Of a stretch of 64,000 bases of DNA, positions 1 to 6,111 are shown piece by piece. Each line of letters begins with the position of its first letter. The stretch's first letter is position 1. The stretch spans positions 1-64,000 of IMG/VR virus record IMGVR_UViG_3300042448_001903; one strand, 5' to 3'. A program made the position numbers and the translations under genes. Source of the stretch: a virus (lineage: Duplodnaviria; Heunggongvirae; Uroviricota; Caudoviricetes; Crassvirales). Under the pieces are notes generated by a model. It saw nothing but the letters and a program-made list of their open reading frames with translations, ran no database searches and was not told the origin of the DNA.

Positions 1-189
1 AAGATCTGATAAAATAACTATTCCTGGTACCCAGCCAAAAACAACTGTTACCATAAGTACTCCTCCAGATGTACAAGCTTCTTTAAAGCTTATATCTAAA
101 TTTGTAAATAAATAATTTAATAAGCCTAAAAATAACCAGGTTAATAAAATACTTGCTATAAAAGCTAGCATCATAATTGTGTTTTTCAT
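1..189 (-). CDS. partial CDS (5-prime part only, runs off window start); hydrophobic N-terminus, probable membrane protein
   Basis: ATG at complement 189-187 opens a 63-codon frame with no stops to position 1 (MKNTIMMLAFIASILLTWLFLGLL...). It is not in the supplied ORF track because it is truncated. It lies downstream of the minus-strand gene 269..505. Confidence 0.3.
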   Translation of the reverse strand, partial: MKNTIMMLAFIASILLTWLFLGLLNYLFTNLDISFKEACTSGGVLMVTVVFGWVPGIVILSDL

Positions 190-268
190 ATAATTGATTT
201 AATTGATGATGTATGAAAAATCCATCATTAACCCCTAAAAAAGAGAATAATGATGGATATAAACGACA

Positions 269-505
269 TTAACAGCATATACTGTTAATGAATTCCTGAG
301 CTTCTTCCCAAGGATCATTCTCATCCTCAGAGTAATAAGGGAAAAACTCTAACTTTTCTTTTACACCAGCTCCATCATTCTCATCAAAAGAATGAAGAAT
401 AGCAATTTCCACTCCCCATCCTGGAGATGTAGAAATACCCTCTGTGTGTAAAATTGCATCTGAATGATAAGAAATCATTTCTTTAGCGAATTCTAAGTTG
501 CTCAT
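269..505 (-). CDS. hypothetical small acidic protein (78 aa)
   Basis: The ORF is in the supplied track. Its composition is coherent (acidic, D/E-rich C-terminal half). It is on the same strand as the neighbouring minus-strand genes. Confidence 0.4.
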   Translation of the reverse strand: MSNLEFAKEMISYHSDAILHTEGISTSPGWGVEIAILHSFDENDGAGVKEKLEFFPYYSEDENDPWEEAQEFINSICC

Positions 506-1032
506 ATAATTGATTTTAATTGGTGACCTCTATAGATATAGCTGTTATCTTACAACCTGATGTCAGCTAGTTTAAAGGTGTATATCTATAGAACGCACAA
601 GGCCTAACACCACCTTGCTAAAAACAAAACATTAATATCCTATACAAAGGAATATAATATATATATAAGAGAGAATAATAAATATATATGTATATTAATG
701 CTATAAATAATCAATACAACCATTAAAATAGGCTTTCAAAAAGAACAAATAAAACCAAAAGAGGGTAACACACCATTCCTCACACTCCAAAAAAACATAT
801 AAATCTTTCATAACTCATTGATTATCAATAGAACATTATAATAAATTTATATATATTAGCCGTAAAACTTTTTCATACATATATATATGTAACAAAAATA
901 TTTTCTTCTATATATATATAGGAAATAAATTTCTTTATATATATAGACAAAAAAGTTTTTATCTAAGCCCACCCTTTAATTCTTTTCCCCCACCCTATAT
1001 ATAAAAGAAGAGAGCCCGAAGGCTCTCATTCT
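506..1032. other. 527-bp AT-rich non-coding region with multiple (TA)n tracts and inverted repeats; candidate origin, DNA-unwinding element or genome terminus
   Basis: No ORF of at least 60 aa is present. (TA)5-6 tracts lie at about 653-668, 683-694, 849-857, 880-890, 908-918 and 938-946. There is a palindrome ACATATATATATGT at about 878-891. A 12-bp inverted repeat TCTATAGATATA/TATATCTATAGA lies at 529-540 and 581-592. Confidence 0.5.
1007..1026 (-). terminator. stem-loop GAGAGCC-CGAA-GGCTCTC immediately 3-prime of the minus-strand gene 1033..1464, followed on the minus strand by a T-rich run
   Basis: There is a perfect 7-bp stem with a 4-nt loop, directly read from the sequence. On the minus strand it is followed by TTCTTTTATATATA. 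Confidence 0.5.
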
Positions 1033-1464
1033 TTAGCTTGCCTTAATAAGGTCTTCCAAGCTCAAACCAGACGGTTTGAAATCCTGCACCTTAATGGTCT
1101 TCACTTCAATCCAGCCAGAAGCAGGTAATGCAGCATAGAAGCCACCATTTTCTGCTTTGATTACTTGGAACCCCATCACTTGTGGGATGGTAAGCTTTCC
1201 AGCTCTAAAAAGCTCATTAACACTTTTGGACATTACAACGTTAGCAACCTTTCCGTCTTTCTTGAACATTAAAGTGGCACGCTTGTCAAGGTTCTTGGTA
1301 ACAGGTAAAAGTTCACAATCGTGAAATAGTTCTTTTACAGTGCCTAAGGTGTTAAGATTTCCATTAGAGGTAAGTTCATCTCTCCAAACAATTTCTTCAA
1401 ATTTTACTGACATGATTTTTGATTTAAGATTAATAATGATGGGGAGGTATGTCGGTTTCCCCAA
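1033..1464 (-). CDS. hypothetical protein (143 aa as given; the ATG at complement 1413 giving MSVKFEEIV... is an equally plausible start)
   Basis: The ORF is in the supplied track. It has non-repetitive, globular-looking composition and is followed by the hairpin at 1007-1026. Confidence 0.5.
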   Translation of the reverse strand: MGKPTYLPIIINLKSKIMSVKFEEIVWRDELTSNGNLNTLGTVKELFHDCELLPVTKNLDKRATLMFKKDGKVANVVMSKSVNELFRAGKLTIPQVMGFQVIKAENGGFYAALPASGWIEVKTIKVQDFKPSGLSLEDLIKAS

Positions 1465-1627
1465 TTATAGGTGGGGTGGCTGATGGGGAGTGGTCTCCTC
1501 AGGGGGGCATATTATAAGTTTTTTGATTTTGAAAAAAATTTTAGCCCCCCCCCTCCACGAAAAAAATTTTTTATCACCCTGTTTAAAGCAAAATTGTGTT
1601 TTTTACACACCCCTGTGTAATATAATA

Positions 1628-1660
1628 TTTGGAATATATATAAATTCTTGTCTATCTTTG
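1628..1660 (+). promoter_or_regulatory. Bacteroidetes sigma-A type promoter TTTG-N21-TATCTTTG upstream of the + strand block
   Basis: TTTG lies at 1628-1631 and TATCTTTG at 1653-1660. This matches the Bacteroides/Flavobacterium -33 TTTG and -7 TAnnTTTG consensus. The identical -7 octamer recurs at three other gene starts in the window. Confidence 0.45.
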
Positions 1661-1732
1661 GGGTGGATTGGGTGGGGAAGGATGTATAAACATTCCTAGA
1701 TAAAGGTTCCTTCATAAACAAAACAAATAAAT

Positions 1733-1978
1733 ATGGAATACATTGGTCTTTTTGTGTTAGTAATAATAATAGGATCTATTATTAGTGGAATACATAATAT
1801 GAGAAGGTTAGAACTAGCTATAGAATTTAATCTTTTCACTTCTCCTTGTTTTAATTTAGGTGTTTCTTTTAATGAGTATTACGTTCCTGAATATATAGAA
1901 CAAGAATTGTTAATAGGGCTATTTTTTATAAATATTTCTCTTATATTTTATAAGGATGGAGAAGAAAGTGGGGTATAA
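1733..1978 (+). CDS. small hydrophobic protein (81 aa), possible membrane protein
   Basis: This is the first + strand ORF downstream of the promoter-like motif at 1628-1660. It has an N-terminal hydrophobic stretch (LFVLVIIIGSIISGI). Confidence 0.3.
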   Translation: MEYIGLFVLVIIIGSIISGIHNMRRLELAIEFNLFTSPCFNLGVSFNEYYVPEYIEQELLIGLFFINISLIFYKDGEESGV

Positions 1979-2014
1979 TATAGCAATACGTATAACAAAT
2001 AATAATAATTATTA

Positions 2015-2045
2015 TTTGATGTTGGATGAACATGTTCTATCTTTG
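2015..2045 (+). promoter_or_regulatory. Bacteroidetes sigma-A type promoter TTTG-N19-TATCTTTG
   Basis: TTTG lies at 2015-2018 and TATCTTTG at 2038-2045, 13 nt upstream of the ATG at 2058. Confidence 0.45.
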
Positions 2046-2057
2046 CATTAATTAAAT

Positions 2058-2411
2058 ATGGAAAACAATAAGTTTATATTACAGAAGTTGAGAAAGTCTT
2101 TTAAGGACGAGTACGAAAAGGCAGAGATGTATTATAATTTTATATCAAGTCTTAATAAGTTAGGATTGACAGAAAGGGAAATACAGCTTGTAGCTTTTAC
2201 AGCTATTAAGGGGAATATTTCTTATGCTAATATACGAGAGGAATTTTGTACAAAGTATAATACAACAGCTCCTACAATAAACAATATTATTTCTAAATTG
2301 AAGAAGGTGGGGGTGTTAGTTAAAGAGGGAACAAAGGTGAAGGTGAATCCAGCTATTGTTCTTAAGTTTGATAATGATATTACATTAGAAATAAAACTAA
2401 TAAATGGATAA
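2058..2411 (+). CDS. putative winged-helix DNA-binding regulator (117 aa)
   Basis: The C-terminal half (TAPTINNIISKLKKVGVLVKEGTKVKVN) resembles an HTH recognition helix plus a beta-hairpin wing of MarR/PadR-like wHTH proteins. It is the first gene after a promoter-like motif. Confidence 0.45.
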   Translation: MENNKFILQKLRKSFKDEYEKAEMYYNFISSLNKLGLTEREIQLVAFTAIKGNISYANIREEFCTKYNTTAPTINNIISKLKKVGVLVKEGTKVKVNPAIVLKFDNDITLEIKLING

Positions 2412-2763
2412 GCCAGTTTCAATGTCTGTCAAAGACTATTTAATTAGAATATTAGCAGTGAAGTCAATGACGTCTGAAAAAGTGATAGAGGCTGTTGTAG
2501 CACATCAATTTCAATCTGCTAATGAGGCTTTGCAAAAAAACAATACAGTGGAGATTTCTGGGTTTGGAAAATTTATATTTAATGTAAATAAAGCAAATAA
2601 AAAGCTAGAGATGTTTGCAAATGTACAACGGATACAAAATGCAGTGTTGGCAGATGAGGCCGCTACAGAAGCAAAGAAACAAAAGGCAATGAGGATTTTA
2701 AATGATGTACAGAATTCTGTACAATTAATAAAAGACAAATTAAAAGAGGGTGATGAAGCTTAA
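2404..2763 (+). CDS. HU/IHF-like DNA-binding protein (divergent, 119 aa)
   Basis: The N-terminal 60 aa align with HU, for example ...NNTVEISGFGKFIF versus HupA ...GDAVQLVGFGTFKV. The GFG(K/T)F motif is characteristic. The DNA-binding arm is divergent. Confidence 0.55.
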   Translation: MDKPVSMSVKDYLIRILAVKSMTSEKVIEAVVAHQFQSANEALQKNNTVEISGFGKFIFNVNKANKKLEMFANVQRIQNAVLADEAATEAKKQKAMRILNDVQNSVQLIKDKLKEGDEA

Positions 2764-3058
2764 TTTTTCCCAGATATTTGAAGGATGGAGAAACGATCTT
2801 TTTCCTCCCGAAGAGCTTAAGAGCATAATTTTGAGTGTTAGTGAGGAGCGAATAAATATATGTGAGCAGTGCCCAGCACATTCTAAGCATCATAAAACAA
2901 TAAGAAAGGATGTTCATTGTACAGCTTGTGGATGTCCTTTAGCTAAAAAAACAAAGTGTCTGTCCTGTGAATGTCCCTTGAAAAAGTGGATGGCCTTGAT
3001 GGATGAAGACAAAGAATCTGAAATATTAAAATCTTTTGATGATGTCCCAGGAGAATAA
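2750..3058 (+). CDS. Cys-rich Zn-ribbon-like small protein (102 aa)
   Basis: There are eight Cys and several His arranged as CEQCP...H..HH...C.ACGC.......C.SCEC, a treble-clef/zinc-ribbon-like spacing. Confidence 0.45.
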   Translation: MMKLNFSQIFEGWRNDLFPPEELKSIILSVSEERINICEQCPAHSKHHKTIRKDVHCTACGCPLAKKTKCLSCECPLKKWMALMDEDKESEILKSFDDVPGE

Positions 3059-3275
3059 CCAATTTGTATTAAGAAAAGTGCCTTTATTAGAATTAGTGAA
3101 TACATTAATTTCTATTTATAATAGAGGAGTGGATTTTGTTGATGTAATAGGGGTGTTAGACGGGAAACAAGATCAGATAGGTATTGCTTATAATGATGAT
3201 TATATTAATACAGAGGAAGAGAAACCAATAACCAATATAAAATTGTCCGATGAGGACTTAAATGAATTAACATGA
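3036..3275 (+). CDS. hypothetical protein (79 aa)
   Basis: The ORF is in the track. It is same-strand and tightly packed with its neighbours. Confidence 0.35.
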   Translation: MMMSQENNQFVLRKVPLLELVNTLISIYNRGVDFVDVIGVLDGKQDQIGIAYNDDYINTEEEKPITNIKLSDEDLNELT

Positions 3276-3454
3276 ACCCAACAGTAGAAGCGTGGATTGT
3301 AATAGAAAAATTAGGAGCATTGTGTGCCACCCCAGGAATATCTGCGGATGTACAGAAAGTTGCAAACGAGCAAATTGAGAAATTATTAAAAGATGTTGTA
3401 TCTCCAGGACTAGCAAAGCTAACAGCTTCAGCTTCTGGTATTATTACAAAATAA
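3272..3454 (+). CDS. hypothetical protein (60 aa)
   Basis: The ORF is in the track. It has an ATGA-type overlap with the upstream gene. Confidence 0.3.
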   Translation: MNPTVEAWIVIEKLGALCATPGISADVQKVANEQIEKLLKDVVSPGLAKLTASASGIITK

Positions 3455-3460
3455 CGTAAT

Positions 3461-3748
3461 ATGAGTGTAAAGAAAAACCATTATTTCCAGGCTATTCATA
3501 TTCTACAGGAATTACATAAAGAGTTTCCCATGTATAATATGGGAAGACATCTTTCAACAGCCTTAGAAGGATATGGTGATATGTGGGGAATAACAGATAA
3601 AGAGCTTGTCTATGCTCTAGAGAAATATAAGGAACAAATAGAGATGGATGTTCCTCATACAGAAGAGTCAGAGATAGATAGGATAATTAAAGAAGGAATG
3701 GATCTTGGCCTCTTGTTTAGAGGAGAAGAGTATGAAGAAGAGACGTAA
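3461..3748 (+). CDS. hypothetical protein (95 aa)
   Basis: The ORF is in the track. Its composition is coherent. Confidence 0.4.
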   Translation: MSVKKNHYFQAIHILQELHKEFPMYNMGRHLSTALEGYGDMWGITDKELVYALEKYKEQIEMDVPHTEESEIDRIIKEGMDLGLLFRGEEYEEET

Positions 3749-3757
3749 ATAAAAAAT

Positions 3758-4090
3758 ATGGCTACACTTAAAAAAACTACATACATAAATGCTGAGTTAG
3801 ATTGGTCTGAACAGCAGCTGCAGTCTTGGAAAGCTTATGTGGATGCAAATCCTTTGCATGAGCTTAAAGATAGGATTGAGTGGAAACCAACATCAAAAGG
3901 AGGAATGCTTCCTATGGTGATAGCCTCTATTGAGGCCCAGGGAAAATTCATCCAAGAAACAATGAAGAATTATTTAGCTTTATTAGAAGTGGTGGAGAAG
4001 CTGAGAGAAAAAGAAGAGGCTAAAGTGGAAGTGAGGGGGAAAGGAGAACTCTCTGGAGCTGCTGCTGAATTCCTAGCAAATAGAAAATAA
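3758..4090 (+). CDS. hypothetical protein (110 aa); position immediately upstream of TerL makes a small terminase subunit role possible
   Basis: Its stop overlaps the TerL start (TAATG at 4088-4092). It is predicted helical with a K/E-rich C-terminus. The call is by position only. Confidence 0.35.
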   Translation: MATLKKTTYINAELDWSEQQLQSWKAYVDANPLHELKDRIEWKPTSKGGMLPMVIASIEAQGKFIQETMKNYLALLEVVEKLREKEEAKVEVRGKGELSGAAAEFLANRK

Positions 4091-6111
4091 TGGAATTACA
4101 AAATATAGATTATAAAGATTGGTTTATAAATCAAAAACGAATTCCAGACAGAGATTCTGTAGAATGTAAACAATTCTTTGATTTCCATAAAGATGTTTGT
4201 TTAAATGGAGCTATGATGGATGGGGTGTATATCAACCCCTTTTTATATTGGCACTTAAACATCTGGCATACAGAAGTGGATGTAATTGATAGCTATGGAA
4301 GAATAGCTCAAAAATATGCCAATCCATTCTTAAGAGATAATGAGTGGTTGGTGTCTAATGAAATTGATAGAGCCCAAGGAGAAAAGAAAGGCCTGGTTAT
4401 TTTAGGAATTAGACGTTTTGCCAAGAGTGTTTTAGAGGCAAGTTATATTGCATGGGGTGCTACATTTGATGAGAATTCTCAAAATATTATTGCTGGATTG
4501 AACGCTCCAGATATAAAACTGATTACAGATAAGATTGATAAGGGGTTAAATTTTATTCCTGAATATTGGAGATGGCAGAGGATTGAGGATAATTGGAAAA
4601 ATCAAGTGACCCTCGGTATCAAAACTAAGAGTGGAGAACGTATTCCTTTTTCTTCTATTCTTATTCGTAACTTAGATGAGGGTAATAATGAAGAAGCAAT
4701 TGCTGGTACAAAACCCCGTAAACTAATTATTGATGAGATAGGAAAAGGATCTTTTCTTAGAGGACTGCAGGCAGCTGTTCCTGGTTTTACAACACCATTT
4801 GGTTGGGGATGTTCTCCAATTCTTACAGGAACAGGGGGAGATATGAAGAAATTTCTTGATGCTAAATCTCTAATGTTTGATGTAGATAATTTTAACTTCC
4901 TTACATATAATAATAGTAAGGATGATAAACGTATTCATGGGTTGTTTATTTCCCATAAATATAGAATGGAAGCAAAAGAGTCTTCTACATTAGGAGCTTT
5001 TTTGGAACAGCCTGCATCAAGTGATCTCCATAATATACAGATGTTAGTGTCTAATGAGGAGAAAGCTACAGAGATTACCAACTCAAACTTAGAAAAGCTT
5101 AAAAAGGCAGGAGACAGAATTGCCTATTTAAAAGAAAAGATGTACTATCCCCAGGAAGTGGATGATATATTCTTAAATGAAGATACAAATATATTTGATA
5201 TAGAGGGGGCTAAAAGACAAAAGGCCAGACTTTTACAGCAAGAAAGAACAGGCACTCCTGTCATATTATTTAATGACGGAGAAAAAATAGCCCATGAATT
5301 TACAGATAAAAGACCTATTTCAAATTTTCCATTAAAGAATAGTGATCTTAAAGACGCTCCTGTAGTGATATATGAGTTTCCTGTAGAAAATCCTCCTTAT
5401 GGATTGTATGTTGCTGGGGTGGACCCATATAGACAAGGTAAATCAGCATACAGTTCTTCTTTAGGATCTGTATATGTTTATAAAAGAATGCACGATCTTA
5501 CAGGGGAAAAATATCAAGATATGTTTGTTGCTTCCTATTGTGCACGTCCTGATAAAAAGGAAATATGGGAAGAGCAGGCCAGGATGTTGATTAAATTCTA
5601 TAATGCTCGTACGTTGTGTGAGAATGATGATATATCATTTATTGAGTATATGAAAGCTAAGGGAGATGCTCATTATTTAGAGAAGCAGCCCGAATGGTTA
5701 AAAGAGATTGTTCCTAATACAACAGTGAAGAGAGACTATGGAATACACCGTTCCAGTGAAAAGATAATTGACTATTTGCACAACTGTTTAAAAAAATACA
5801 CAGAAAGTGTTATATACAAAGAAACCAATGAACAGGGAGATGTTATAAAGGAAGTGCTGGGAATAAGTAAGATATTTGATCCTGTCTTGTTAGAAGAAAT
5901 GATACAATATAATGATTCAGGAAACTTTGACCGAATTATTGCTGCAGAACTAGCCATAGCACAAGCTATGAAAATGGATCCTATAATGGGAAAAATAGGC
6001 GGATCAGGAGATGATAGAGTGCAAGCATTATATTCTAAAAAACCAAAGAATACATTATTTTCACAATCTAATGGATTGTTTAATACTAAAAAACGTAAAT
6101 TGTTTACATAA
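4090..6111 (+). CDS. terL: terminase large subunit (ATPase + nuclease), 673 aa
   Basis: It has a Walker A-like motif GIRRFAKS and a Walker B-like motif KLIIDEIG. A C-terminal RNase-H-like nuclease signature VYVAGVDPYRQG is followed by further acidic residues. The size is typical for TerL and a portal-sized gene follows it. Confidence 0.8.
   Translation: MELQNIDYKDWFINQKRIPDRDSVECKQFFDFHKDVCLNGAMMDGVYINPFLYWHLNIWHTEVDVIDSYGRIAQKYANPFLRDNEWLVSNEIDRAQGEKKGLVILGIRRFAKSVLEASYIAWGATFDENSQNIIAGLNAPDIKLITDKIDKGLNFIPEYWRWQRIEDNWKNQVTLGIKTKSGERIPFSSILIRNLDEGNNEEAIAGTKPRKLIIDEIGKGSFLRGLQAAVPGFTTPFGWGCSPILTGTGGDMKKFLDAKSLMFDVDNFNFLTYNNSKDDKRIHGLFISHKYRMEAKESSTLGAFLEQPASSDLHNIQMLVSNEEKATEITNSNLEKLKKAGDRIAYLKEKMYYPQEVDDIFLNEDTNIFDIEGAKRQKARLLQQERTGTPVILFNDGEKIAHEFTDKRPISNFPLKNSDLKDAPVVIYEFPVENPPYGLYVAGVDPYRQGKSAYSSSLGSVYVYKRMHDLTGEKYQDMFVASYCARPDKKEIWEEQARMLIKFYNARTLCENDDISFIEYMKAKGDAHYLEKQPEWLKEIVPNTTVKRDYGIHRSSEKIIDYLHNCLKKYTESVIYKETNEQGDVIKEVLGISKIFDPVLLEEMIQYNDSGNFDRIIAAELAIAQAMKMDPIMGKIGGSGDDRVQALYSKKPKNTLFSQSNGLFNTKKRKLFT

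Noticed and set aside
1490-1721. Two 69-aa ORFs on opposite strands across the G/C-tract region
   Set aside because: They are low-complexity translations of homopolymer tracts (GGGGG, CCCCCCCCC, AAAAAAA/TTTTTT) inside a divergent promoter region. They overlap each other and have no coding-like composition.
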